NCBI GenBank assembly: GCA_963675595.2
Contig: CAXXLZ010000002.1
Coordinates: 320,001 to 384,000 of the forward strand
Direction: 5' to 3'
Source of the DNA: Thermodesulfobacteriota bacterium
GTDB taxonomy: Bacteria > Desulfobacterota > Desulfarculia > JACQYL01
Length of the DNA: 64,000 nucleotides
Shown here: positions 30,379 to 40,169 of the stretch, one piece after another
Layout: every line of letters starts with the position of its first letter
How positions within the stretch are numbered: position 1 is the stretch's first letter
Notes under the pieces: model-generated
The model's input: only the letters and a program-made list of their open reading frames with translations
Databases searched by the model: none
What the model was told of the DNA's origin: nothing
Position numbers and translations under genes: made by a program

Positions 30379-31020
30379 CTAGAACAAAGTATAAAGGAAC
30401 GGGGCCAGGCTGGAAGTCTGCGCAAAGAACATCACCAGCCCAAGGACCAACAGCAGCAGAAGAACGGGCACGTAGAGGGTCCGTCCTCGCCTTATGAAGA
30501 ACAACAGGACAAGCAGGGGCTGAATCACGAAAGGGAGACCGGCGGCTTTCGGTACCGACCAATCCCTTTCGGGTTCCTCCCCTCCCTCGTAGGCGCACCA
30601 GGCCGACTTCAGATCCGGCGCATGGTCGTCCCATTCACAAAAGCCCTGCTCTCTTTTTCTTCCCTTAGTCCATAAGCCCATGGGCCAAAGCAGGAGTAGG
30701 TACACGACCGTCAACACGACGGCAAACAGCGTCTTGCCCAATGCCCCCGCCAAACGAAAAAAGGTCCTCTCCAAAGGGCTCAGAAGCATGGGGGCAATCA
30801 CGGCGGCCGAAAGCAGCACCAGTCCGCACCCCATGACCGCCTGCCAGGCGGCAACCACCGGGGCGGGAGTAAAGAACGCCTTCAGGCCTCCCAGAATCAG
30901 GCCGCCCCATCCAAGCACCAAGCCGAAGGCGATACAACGCTTCAGTGCCTCGTCTTGGGTCCTTTCGCGCAGTCCGGCTAAATAAGAGTGCTGCATACTC
31001 ATCGACCTATTTCGGATCAA
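30379..31020 (-). CDS. SxtJ-like membrane protein fused to SxtK/DUF5989-like C-terminus
   Basis: TM helices; C-terminal FFIRR...VP.LLLLL.LG......SSLAPFLYTLF; follows the carbamoyltransferase; start may be ~30996. Confidence 0.65.
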   Translation of the reverse strand: MIRNRSMSMQHSYLAGLRERTQDEALKRCIAFGLVLGWGGLILGGLKAFFTPAPVVAAWQAVMGCGLVLLSAAVIAPMLLSPLERTFFRLAGALGKTLFAVVLTVVYLLLLWPMGLWTKGRKREQGFCEWDDHAPDLKSAWCAYEGGEEPERDWSVPKAAGLPFVIQPLLVLLFFIRRGRTLYVPVLLLLLVLGLVMFFAQTSSLAPFLYTLF

Positions 31021-31197
31021 TCCCGGCTTCCCGAGGGTTCGTTTACCCGGAAGCGTGTTTTAGGGGCGAAGGCGGCTCGGGTCGGCCGGTCCGCGCCTCA
31101 GATGATCCTTTGGAACGTCCCGGTCGTTCGCAAAGGGGAGGTCCTCACCAACATCGCACCGTTTCATGGAGGCAATGAACGCACGGCCTATGAATCG

Positions 31198-33039
31198 TCA
31201 GTCCGGGTCAAACCTCTTCAACCACCGGGCCCGCTCCTTGTCGTTCAGGGGACGGGACGGTTGCCGGTCCTTGCGAAGGAAGCGATTGCCCAACACCAGG
31301 CAGTCGATGTCCGTGGCCATAAAGCACCGGTAGGCATCTTCCACCGAATTGACGATGGGCTCACCCCGCACATTGAACGACGTATTGACCACAACGGCGC
31401 AACCCGTTCTCTCTTTGAACCTGGTAAGGACCCGATGCATAAAGGCATTGCGTTGCGAGTCCACGGTCTGGACCCGGGCCGAGTAATCCACATGGGTTAC
31501 CGCGGGAATCTCCGAACGCACCTGATGAAGAAGCTCAAGCCCTTGGAGTCCCGGCGAGTCCTCCAACGGCTTCCTCCGGTCCATTGAAACGGGAAATACC
31601 AGCAGCATGTAGGGACTCTCACGGCAGCCCTCGAAATATTCGGAAGCTTCCTCCACGCGAACCATGGGCGCGAAGGGGCGAAAACTCTCACGAAATTTGA
31701 TCTTCAGATTCATGTGTCGCTGCATGTGCGGAAGCCGGGCGTCTCCCAAAATGGAACGAGCCCCCAGGGCTCTGGGTCCGAACTCCATCTTGCCCCGAGC
31801 CACGGCCACCACGTCCCCAGCTTCGATGCGGTCCACCATGCACGCAGCCAGCTCATCGTCGTCCATCGTCTCCCAGGAGGCTCCCAATCGTCGAAGAACC
31901 GCGTCATCTTCGCTGGAATGCGGAGGTATGTCCGTTCCCAACAAAGCCCCGTTCATACCATCGGGCCGCCCCGGCGTCCGCTGATTCCCCAAGCCCTGAT
32001 GCCACATCCAGAGAGCCGCGCCCAAGGCCCCCCCCGCATCCCCGGCCGCGGGTTGAGTCCAGACTCGCTCAAACGGTCCTCGAGCGGCGAGCAGTCCCAC
32101 GGCTACCACGTTGAGTGCTACGCCGCCCGCCAGAACCAGATCCGACAAACCGGTTTCGCGATGGACCTTTTCCGCCAAGGCAAGAACCAGATCATTGACC
32201 ACCGCCTGAATACTTGCGGCGATGTCCATCTCCTTTTGACCGATTCGGGACTCGGGAACCCTGGGAGGACCGCCGAAAAGCCGATGAAACGCTTCATTGG
32301 TCATGGTGAGTCCGCGAGTATAATTGAAATACTTCTGGTTGAGAACGAAAGAACCATCCGGTAATTCTCGGATCAGGCGCTTGCGGATGAGGTCCGCGTA
32401 GACCGGAGAGCCGTACGGGGCCAGTCCCATCAATTTGTACTCGCCGCTGTTGATCTTGAATCCCGTATAATAGGTGAAGGCCGAGTACAACAATCCCAAG
32501 GAATTGGGAAACCGAATTTCCTCCAGCAGCTCGACTTGGTTATCCGTTCCAACACCGTAAGCCGCCGTAGCCCACTCGCCCACGCCGTCCACCGTAAGGA
32601 TGGCGGCCCGGGTGAAAGGAGAGGGAAAGAACGCGCTCGCGGCATGCGACAAATGATGACCGCAGGAAACAACACGCTTCTTGATGCCCATTTCCCGCGC
32701 GATGGATCGACCCATCCAGAGTTTCCCCGTGAGCCAAGAAGGCATGGCTTTCAAGTAGCTGCGTAATCCACCGGGCACCGTCCAGTGATACATGGTCAGC
32801 AGACGTTCGAACTTGAGCAAAGGGCTTTCGTAAAACACCACTTGGTCCAGGTCTCGCTCATGTATACCGGCCCGTTGGAGGCAAAAACCGATGGCGGCGT
32901 GCGGGAAGGAAGCGTCCCCTTTGACACGGGTGAAACGTTCCTCCTGGGCCGCGGCGAGGATCTCACCATCACGGACCAAAGCCGCGGCGGAATCGTGGTA
33001 ATACGCGGATATTCCAAGAATGTGTACGGCTTGACTCAC
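31198..33039 (-). CDS. Carbamoyltransferase (NodU/CmcH family)
   Basis: ILGISAYYHDSAA, EERF.R.K, HHLSHAAS, GEYKLMGLAPYG, EFGPRALG.RS, KFRESFRPFAP, NTSFN; GTG start at 33039. Confidence 0.93.
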   Translation of the reverse strand: MSQAVHILGISAYYHDSAAALVRDGEILAAAQEERFTRVKGDASFPHAAIGFCLQRAGIHERDLDQVVFYESPLLKFERLLTMYHWTVPGGLRSYLKAMPSWLTGKLWMGRSIAREMGIKKRVVSCGHHLSHAASAFFPSPFTRAAILTVDGVGEWATAAYGVGTDNQVELLEEIRFPNSLGLLYSAFTYYTGFKINSGEYKLMGLAPYGSPVYADLIRKRLIRELPDGSFVLNQKYFNYTRGLTMTNEAFHRLFGGPPRVPESRIGQKEMDIAASIQAVVNDLVLALAEKVHRETGLSDLVLAGGVALNVVAVGLLAARGPFERVWTQPAAGDAGGALGAALWMWHQGLGNQRTPGRPDGMNGALLGTDIPPHSSEDDAVLRRLGASWETMDDDELAACMVDRIEAGDVVAVARGKMEFGPRALGARSILGDARLPHMQRHMNLKIKFRESFRPFAPMVRVEEASEYFEGCRESPYMLLVFPVSMDRRKPLEDSPGLQGLELLHQVRSEIPAVTHVDYSARVQTVDSQRNAFMHRVLTRFKERTGCAVVVNTSFNVRGEPIVNSVEDAYRCFMATDIDCLVLGNRFLRKDRQPSRPLNDKERARWLKRFDPD

Positions 33040-33373
33040 GTGCTTCGCCTCGGTTCCATGAGTACCCTCTCTTTGTTTTGGACGGCGGTATCGACCGAAT
33101 ATACCAGAAAGGCAAGCAACCGGAAATCGATTGGCGGAAAGCACACCGTGAACCTCCGGCGCCAACCTCTTCCACAAAGCTCGGCTTCAATCGGTTTCGA
33201 TACATCTTGATCCGGACGCCGGTTCCCTCTATGATCTCGGTAATGGGCACCAACCCACTTTTTTTGAGATATTCCTGATTTCTCCACGTACTTCCGGTTG
33301 TTCTCCAATTTCTCTCCAGTCAACGACTCCGGCGCCGAACGGCCGAAGCGGAAGACAGATAAGGACTTTCTCT

Positions 33374-36300
33374 ATGCCCATAACACGGATCACGGTGGTG
33401 GGATGGTCTCCGACCGACCCCCCTGACTTGGGGACCATTCTTGAGGCCCCGGACTGCCTGGTTGAAACCGTGAACGGCTCGTTGGAGCGGATAACCGTTC
33501 GGCTGCGGGAGAGCCCTCCCGAGGTGGTACTGATTCCTCTGGTCGAAGGACGCCTGACTTGGACTTCCGTTGATTTGCGCCGACTCAGACTCGCGGCGGA
33601 CAACGCCGCCTTGTTGATTGCCGGAAATGCCGAAGACCTGGAGGGTATGGATAAGACGGAAACACTTCTTCCGCACGAGCGGTTCCCCCTGCCCTGCCGG
33701 CCGGACGAACGGGACTTCCGTCTTTCGGCTGCGGCTGCACTGACACGGGAAGCCAGAAGGCGAAAGAAGGCGGAGGATACCCTCCAGGTCGTTCTCGAGG
33801 GCTCAAGGGAGGCCGTCTTTCTGCTCGACGAAAATCAGCGTATCGCCTCAGTCAATCGTACGGCGGAGGACATGACCGGCTATTCGGCGGAACGTATCGT
33901 CGGCATGGAAATGGAGGTGCTGCTGCCCGCAGAGGACCGGACGGCCCTCGCTGCGGCGATGCATCCTTCAAAAGGCGTTTTCCAAAAACCCGGGGTGGTT
34001 TCGCTGCTGCGCCGCTACGGGGAGCCGATCCGCGCCGAATTGAGCGCCGGGCGTCTCCGCGCGGAATACTCCCCGCTTACGGTCATCTTCGTCCGCGACC
34101 TAACGGAATACCTTCGCGCCTTGGACCAACTCCGGACAAGCGAGGCGAGCTGTCGCGAGCTCATCGAACGACTTCCGGAAATCATCTTCGAGATCGATCT
34201 CCAGGGCAGGCTTACCTATGCCAACCGCAGGGCCTTCGAGGCTTTCGGCGTGACTCGTTCAATCCTCGACACCGGACTCAACGTATTCTCCTTGCTGGTG
34301 CCGGAGGATCGGGAGCGAGCCGTGCGGGCCTTCCGGCGGGTACTCGAGGGCTTCGACGTGGGGCGCAACGAATATCGCCTCGTCAAACCCGACGGGACTT
34401 CCTTTCCGGGCCTTTTCCACTCCGCCCCCATCACCCGGGACGGAAGGGCCGTAGGCGTCAGCGGCTTCATCATCGACGTTTCGGAGCAAAGAAAAGCCCA
34501 CCAGGCTCTCAAGCAAAGCGAGGCCGTTCTCAACAGCCTCTTTTCCGCGGCTCCCGTGGGTATCGGGCTCGTTTCCGATGGGGTTTTCGTCAAAGCCAAC
34601 GAACGGCTCTGCCGCATGCTCGGTTACTACCCGGAAGAGCTTCTGGGTAAGCCTACAAGAATGCTCTATGCTTCTGAAGAAGAATTCCTCCAGGGGAGCT
34701 GCGACGGGTGCGACACGGTCGCTCCTTGGGGTACCAAGACGGTGGAAACCCGCTGGCGCTGCAAAAACGGAGCGATCATCGACGTCCTCCTGGGATCGAC
34801 GCCCCTGGACTTGGCGGGCATCAGTGGGAGTCTGACCATTTCCGCTCTTGACATCACGGCCCGTAAACAGATGGAGAACGCCCTGAAAGAGGGGGAAGCG
34901 CTGTACCGAACCGTGGTGGAGTCTTCTCATGACGGCATCCTGATTGTGGACGACCGCTGTCTCTTCACTTTTGTGAACGAGGAGCTGTGCCGGATTCTGG
35001 GTTACGAAAGCGAGGAGTTGATCGGAAAGGACTTCAGAGATTTTCTTTCCGAAGATACTTACGATCTCGTGGTGGAACGGTATCTGAAACGACAGGCCGG
35101 TGAACCCGTGCCTCGGAGTTACCAGTTCGGCGTGGTTCGCAGGGATGGAGAAAAGCGGACTCTGCAAACCAGCACGTCCCTGCTAAAGGATGGGACGGGT
35201 AGGGCTCTCACTGTTTCTCAGCTTCTGGACGTAACCGAAAGTCGGCGCATGGAGGAAGAAAAAGCACGCCTCCAAGCACAGCTTCAGCACGCGCAGAAGC
35301 TCGAAGCCATCGGAACCCTCGCCAGCGGTGTCGCTCACGATTTCAACAACATTCTCCAGGCCATCGGCGGCTACACGCAGCTCATGCGATCCCCGACAAC
35401 CGAGCAAACCCAAAATGAATCTCATCTCGCACAAATCGAGAGAAACATCGATCGGGCTGCTGAACTGGTCAGACGTCTGCTCACCTTCAGCCGCAAGGTG
35501 GAACCGGAACTCAAGCCTTTCGAGCTCAACACGGTTGTAGAGCAGGCTTTGAGCATCCTCGAAAGGACCCTGCCCAAGATGATCCGCGTTGAAAGAAACT
35601 TGGGCGATTCGATGGAACCGATTCTCGGAGATTCCGGACAGGTGGAACAGGCGATTCTGAATCTGGGAGCCAACGCCGGCGACGCAATGCCCCAGGGAGG
35701 AACCCTGCATGTGGAAACGTCCATGACGGAATTGGATGAAGCGGATTGCGGCCGATATTTGGGCGCAGTGCCCGGACCTTGCGCACGCTTGGTCATCAGG
35801 GACACGGGGCAGGGAATAAACTCGGACACGCTGAAACACATCTTTGACCCCTTCTTCACCACCAAGGAAGTCGGCAAAGGCACGGGCCTGGGTCTTTCCA
35901 TGGTCTATGGAATCATGAAATCCCACGGCGGCCATGTTTCCTGCGACAGCCGACCGGGGAACGGAACAACTTTCACCCTGCTGTTCCCCGTCTCACCGAT
36001 CAAAGCTCCGGATGCCCGCAAGACCGACATCCCGAAAACGGAAGCCCTAAAGGGCGACGAAAGCGTGCTGATCGTCGACGATGAAACGGACATCCTGGAA
36101 ATCGCCGGAACGATGCTGGAACGGTTCGGTTATCGGGTGCACACTGCGGTCAGCGGCGAAATCGCCTTGGAACTATACAAAGACAAAAAAACGGGGATTC
36201 ATCTTGTGGTTCTGGACCTCGGCATGCCCGGCATGGGCGGATACCGCACTCTGCTTCGGCTCATCGAATCCGATCCCAAAGCCAAGGTGCTGATCGCCAG

Positions 36301-36427
36301 CGGTTATGTCGCCGGCCCACAGGTGGAGGCGTGCCTCCAGGCCGGTGCTGCGGGATTTGTAGCAAAACCCTACAAACTGACCGACATGCTGAAAAAGGTT
36401 CGTGAGGTCCTTGATTCGGCACAATAA
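33374..36427 (+). CDS. Hybrid sensor histidine kinase with four PAS domains and a C-terminal receiver
   Basis: QKLEAIGTLASGVAHDFNN, D.G.G, PFFTTK..GKGTGLGL, LIVDDE...LDL.MP. Confidence 0.93.
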   Translation: MPITRITVVGWSPTDPPDLGTILEAPDCLVETVNGSLERITVRLRESPPEVVLIPLVEGRLTWTSVDLRRLRLAADNAALLIAGNAEDLEGMDKTETLLPHERFPLPCRPDERDFRLSAAAALTREARRRKKAEDTLQVVLEGSREAVFLLDENQRIASVNRTAEDMTGYSAERIVGMEMEVLLPAEDRTALAAAMHPSKGVFQKPGVVSLLRRYGEPIRAELSAGRLRAEYSPLTVIFVRDLTEYLRALDQLRTSEASCRELIERLPEIIFEIDLQGRLTYANRRAFEAFGVTRSILDTGLNVFSLLVPEDRERAVRAFRRVLEGFDVGRNEYRLVKPDGTSFPGLFHSAPITRDGRAVGVSGFIIDVSEQRKAHQALKQSEAVLNSLFSAAPVGIGLVSDGVFVKANERLCRMLGYYPEELLGKPTRMLYASEEEFLQGSCDGCDTVAPWGTKTVETRWRCKNGAIIDVLLGSTPLDLAGISGSLTISALDITARKQMENALKEGEALYRTVVESSHDGILIVDDRCLFTFVNEELCRILGYESEELIGKDFRDFLSEDTYDLVVERYLKRQAGEPVPRSYQFGVVRRDGEKRTLQTSTSLLKDGTGRALTVSQLLDVTESRRMEEEKARLQAQLQHAQKLEAIGTLASGVAHDFNNILQAIGGYTQLMRSPTTEQTQNESHLAQIERNIDRAAELVRRLLTFSRKVEPELKPFELNTVVEQALSILERTLPKMIRVERNLGDSMEPILGDSGQVEQAILNLGANAGDAMPQGGTLHVETSMTELDEADCGRYLGAVPGPCARLVIRDTGQGINSDTLKHIFDPFFTTKEVGKGTGLGLSMVYGIMKSHGGHVSCDSRPGNGTTFTLLFPVSPIKAPDARKTDIPKTEALKGDESVLIVDDETDILEIAGTMLERFGYRVHTAVSGEIALELYKDKKTGIHLVVLDLGMPGMGGYRTLLRLIESDPKAKVLIASGYVAGPQVEACLQAGAAGFVAKPYKLTDMLKKVREVLDSAQ

Positions 36428-36580
36428 GAGCACCGGAGAAATGGAAGCGGGCCGCATTCAAGGCGCCTCAACGCCCTTCCGTACAGCACCGGATGAACCG
36501 CCGCCTTCGTGCTTGGGTGGGGTCGAGAAGGTGCATCTCCCGAAATGAGATCGGGGAACGCCTCTCAAAAGGGCTCCCCG

Positions 36581-36632
36581 AAAAAAAAGAAATCCCTATC
36601 AAAGCTGGGGGGCGCTCCAGCCTCGGTAGGGA
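36581..36632 (-). terminator. Intrinsic terminator
   Basis: Hairpin tccctac...gataggga followed by tttctttttttt on the minus strand. Confidence 0.55.
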
Positions 36633-36832
36633 GTATCCGGGCGTTAACAGTCTAAATCCCCTTATTCCGCGCAAGAACCACTCGAACAATCACTCTCTCG
36701 CGCCCGGCGAGAACTCCCATAACCGAGAAGTGAGTTTCGTGTCAAGAACTTTTTTTGAAGAAAAGGAAAAACACGAAGGCCGGTGAGGGAATCATCCCGC
36801 ACCGGCCCGAAGCACCTGCTATCCGAGGCGAC

Positions 36833-38173
36833 TTAGCTCCAGGGATACGGACTGTGGGAAACGGGAAACAGCTCACCCGTCCGGTACCGTTCGAAACGGA
36901 AAGGAGTCAGCAGTCTCTGGGGTTCACCCGTGATAAGTTTGGCCACCAGCTTGCCGATTCCGATCATTTTGTATCCGTGATTGGAATCGAGAATCATGTA
37001 GCAGTTATCCCTGAAATGATCGAATATCGGGAAGTTGTCGGGGGTGAAGGCGCCGATGCCGCCCGAAGGCTCCTTGCGATACTTCATCCACTGGTCCTCA
37101 TATCGCTTCTGGGCATGAGCAAGCGCCGAGGTCCACATATGGACGAACTTGGGACCCACGATGAAATCGGGGGAATCGATGCCGTAGGGATCCACGGCCA
37201 CCTCTTCTTTGTCCACGATGTACGGAGACGCGCCGCCCTGGATTCCGTTGAAGTTGGTGTCGGGCTTATAATAGATGCCCCACAGCTTCTCGGTGATCAG
37301 AGAGCCGTCCTCACTGGAATACAACGGAGCGTCCGTGTCCAGGTGGATGACGGGAGGCATTTTCCCGTGGATGTCCAGACCGAAGTCGGGCTCCACGCCC
37401 AACGTACCCTCTTCCAGGCACCAGTAGGTCCACATCTTCAGGTCTTTGTGAATATTGCCTTCAAGGTCCTTCACGTCGATCCTGTTGGGAAGTCCCAGAT
37501 AATCCCAGAAGGTCTTGGCCCACGGACCAGGACCCGCGACGACGAAATCGCACTCGATGTCGCCCTTGTCCGTTTTCACCGCTTTGATGGACTTGGAGGA
37601 CGAATCCTCGGTGAATCCGGTCACGTTGACGCCGGTCATGATTCGGACGCCCTCGGCTTCGGCTTTGTCCGCCAGCCGGTAACACGATTTGGCGTTATGA
37701 GCATACCCGCCCTTCTTCTCATGAAGAACGGAGGTGACGTTCTTGGCCTGCCAGTCGTCGAAGACATTCATGCGCATGTAGTTGAGGCATTCTTTCTCGC
37801 CTTCGATGAACACGGAGGTGTAGCCGATGGCTTTCTGCTGCGCATAAATGGTGGACACGTCCGCATGCATGAGTTCGGGAGAAATCTGCATGTAGCCCAC
37901 CGCATGATAGCCGTAGCCTTCCGCGTCTTCTTCCCAAACCTGTACACTGTGAGCCATCACTTCACGCATGGCGGGCTGGAAGTAGTTGTTTCGGACGACG
38001 CCGCACGCGATACCCGAAGCTCCGGCCGCAATACCCGCCTTGTCCAGCAACAGAATGTCCGCCCCGGTTCCTTTTCCCTTGGCCTTGAGCTCTTTCGCGA
38101 GATGCCAAGCGGTGCTGAGACCGTGAATACCGGCCCCGATGATTACGTACTTCGATTTGTTAGGAAGTGCCAT
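36833..38173 (-). CDS. FAD-dependent oxidoreductase, N-methylglutamate dehydrogenase A (MgdA)/sarcosine oxidase beta-like
   Basis: IIGAGIHGLS, GASGIACGVVRNNYFQPAM, TPDNFPI, DSNHGYK. Confidence 0.85.
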   Translation of the reverse strand: MALPNKSKYVIIGAGIHGLSTAWHLAKELKAKGKGTGADILLLDKAGIAAGASGIACGVVRNNYFQPAMREVMAHSVQVWEEDAEGYGYHAVGYMQISPELMHADVSTIYAQQKAIGYTSVFIEGEKECLNYMRMNVFDDWQAKNVTSVLHEKKGGYAHNAKSCYRLADKAEAEGVRIMTGVNVTGFTEDSSSKSIKAVKTDKGDIECDFVVAGPGPWAKTFWDYLGLPNRIDVKDLEGNIHKDLKMWTYWCLEEGTLGVEPDFGLDIHGKMPPVIHLDTDAPLYSSEDGSLITEKLWGIYYKPDTNFNGIQGGASPYIVDKEEVAVDPYGIDSPDFIVGPKFVHMWTSALAHAQKRYEDQWMKYRKEPSGGIGAFTPDNFPIFDHFRDNCYMILDSNHGYKMIGIGKLVAKLITGEPQRLLTPFRFERYRTGELFPVSHSPYPWS

Positions 38174-38397
38174 TGTTTAACCTCCTGGAGTGTTGTATGG
38201 CTCCCCGTTTAATTCCACGCTCCGACCCCGCCGGAACGATCACGACGCGTTCTAGAGGATCACTCGTCTTCGGCATTGCGTATTCAACGCGAAATACACC
38301 CACACCCGGCGGGTTATCCCGTTTTTCCTAAAAGAGCGCGTCGTTTGTCTTCAACGAATCCGGGCCGCACGGCCCTCCGCGCGGTCCGAAACGATTT

Positions 38398-39612
38398 TCA
38401 GTCGATGAATACTTTGCCGATGTTCGCCGTGGTAAGCGGATCCTCAAGGTACATGCCGAGACCGATCCGCTGGATGGACTCGAATCCCCGTTCATCGTAC
38501 TTGGGCATTTCCACTTCGGGGGCGTCCGCTCCTGTGATGGATTCGGCCATCTCAACGGCTTTCTCCAGTTTCGCAATGGAGAAGTCGATCAGGTATCGGA
38601 GAAACGCGAAGGAGTGGGTGACCATGTGGACTCCGTACTTCAGGCACATAGCACGGGCGATCTTGGCGTCCTCAAAAGCTTTTTCCGTGGGATGCTCCTC
38701 GTGGGTCGCACCGATGCTCTGTCGCGACGGCAGGTCCGTCATGCGGTTGAGGTGACTCATCAGGATGTTCACCAGGAAGTGGCTCTTCAATCCGTAATTG
38801 GGGTTATACTCGATTCTGGGGTCCGCAATGGTGGGAAAACCCGCATGGATGCAGGTTACCCCGGGATTGAGCAACTGGGCGGCGGTGATGCCGAAGAGCA
38901 CTTCCGCCTGCGTCATGGCCAACACGCCGCTGTAGCAGTAGGGAGCACTGATTCCGGCCATGGGCATGGCGGAGATGAACACCGGCAAGCCCGCCTTCAC
39001 CACCTTGACAAAGTGCTCGGAAAAATTCTCACTGACCTCAAGAGGCGGCCTGGTGAGACAGAAAACGATCATGATGTCTTTGCGGCGAGAATAGATTTCC
39101 TGCGCCTTTTCCAGCGACCGGTCCGACGTCACGGCGAAGTATAGCGGTTTCGAGCAGTTTTCATCCATGATGGTCATCTGCTCGACTTCGTCTTTGAGCT
39201 TCACTCCTCGCCCGGTACCGCCCACGGCGGGGCTCTTCTCCGCGATTTGCATGATGGTGCGCACGTGTTCCGGGGTCGGCATGATGCCGCCTACGCCCTT
39301 CGCGTCGTCATAGATATAGGGAGCGGTCCCACCTATCAGAAAACTGTTGAGGGGGACAAAAAAATCGTCGATTCCCGGCGTGGTTTCCAGAGCTCGGTTG
39401 ACCAGATCGCGGGTTACGAAGACTCGGTTTTCATAAATTACGGCCAGTCCCTCTTCCTCATACTTTCGGAAGGCTTCCAGCATGTTCGGTTCGCGGCAAC
39501 CCACACCCAAATTCTCGAGCATCCACAAAGCATCTTCATGGACTCTCAGAAGCATGTCCACCGCGTCATCGCCAATTAACGATCTTGACTCCGCAACCCG
39601 TTTCTCGTTCAC
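38398..39612 (-). CDS. Trimethylamine methyltransferase MttB-family protein (non-pyrrolysine, short)
   Basis: VHE.AL..LE.LGV, MPMAGISAP...G......AE.L.G...AQL..PG; no in-frame TAG. Confidence 0.7.
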   Translation of the reverse strand: MNEKRVAESRSLIGDDAVDMLLRVHEDALWMLENLGVGCREPNMLEAFRKYEEEGLAVIYENRVFVTRDLVNRALETTPGIDDFFVPLNSFLIGGTAPYIYDDAKGVGGIMPTPEHVRTIMQIAEKSPAVGGTGRGVKLKDEVEQMTIMDENCSKPLYFAVTSDRSLEKAQEIYSRRKDIMIVFCLTRPPLEVSENFSEHFVKVVKAGLPVFISAMPMAGISAPYCYSGVLAMTQAEVLFGITAAQLLNPGVTCIHAGFPTIADPRIEYNPNYGLKSHFLVNILMSHLNRMTDLPSRQSIGATHEEHPTEKAFEDAKIARAMCLKYGVHMVTHSFAFLRYLIDFSIAKLEKAVEMAESITGADAPEVEMPKYDERGFESIQRIGLGMYLEDPLTTANIGKVFID

Positions 39613-39805
39613 AACCTCTCTCCCGAACTAGGCTTAAGACGGAGGCCTCAGCCCCCAACATAGTTACGCCTGTCAAAAAGCCCGCCCCCTCATTCTTCTT
39701 CCGGGAAATCCGTACCGGAAACCTCCGAGGTAAGGTCCCATGGCTTTCCAACAGGCTCTCGATTCCGTTCTTTGTGCAAGAACCTTTAACTGATTATGGG
39801 GTTCT

Positions 39806-39834
39806 TTTATAACAACGGAAGACTTTCCTGTCAA
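39806..39834 (-). promoter_or_regulatory. sigma70 promoter for the mttB-like/mgdA-like genes
   Basis: TTGACA-17 bp-TATAAA on the minus strand. Confidence 0.6.
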
Positions 39835-40169
39835 TAAAAAATTTTCACCGTGGATAAATGATTGGTCATTTAGGGTCTGGAAACTCCATACGGATCATGC
39901 TATGAGTTCCTCTTGGATTTTTCGTTCTTATGAAGGAGTGTCGGAGATCTTGATGATCTCCGTAACAAGCGAATTTCTCCGCATGGTCGGTGGGCGATTC
40001 CGTTCGCCGTGGAAGTCTGAAACGGGGGTTTCATCGGAGATTTCCCGGAGGGTGGAGGATCGAAACGAACGACCGTGCGGAAGAGTCTTGTTTAATTAGA
40101 TTGGTGAAAATTTAAGAAGGAGTCAAGTAGAGCATGGAGCAACAGGCAACAGACAAAGGGGAGGAAGAC

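Noticed and set aside
30379-33039. Saxitoxin-like biosynthetic cluster
   Set aside because: Only the widespread carbamoyltransferase and accessory genes are present, with none of the core sxt enzymes
38398-39612. Pyrrolysine read-through in the MttB-like gene
   Set aside because: No in-frame TAG
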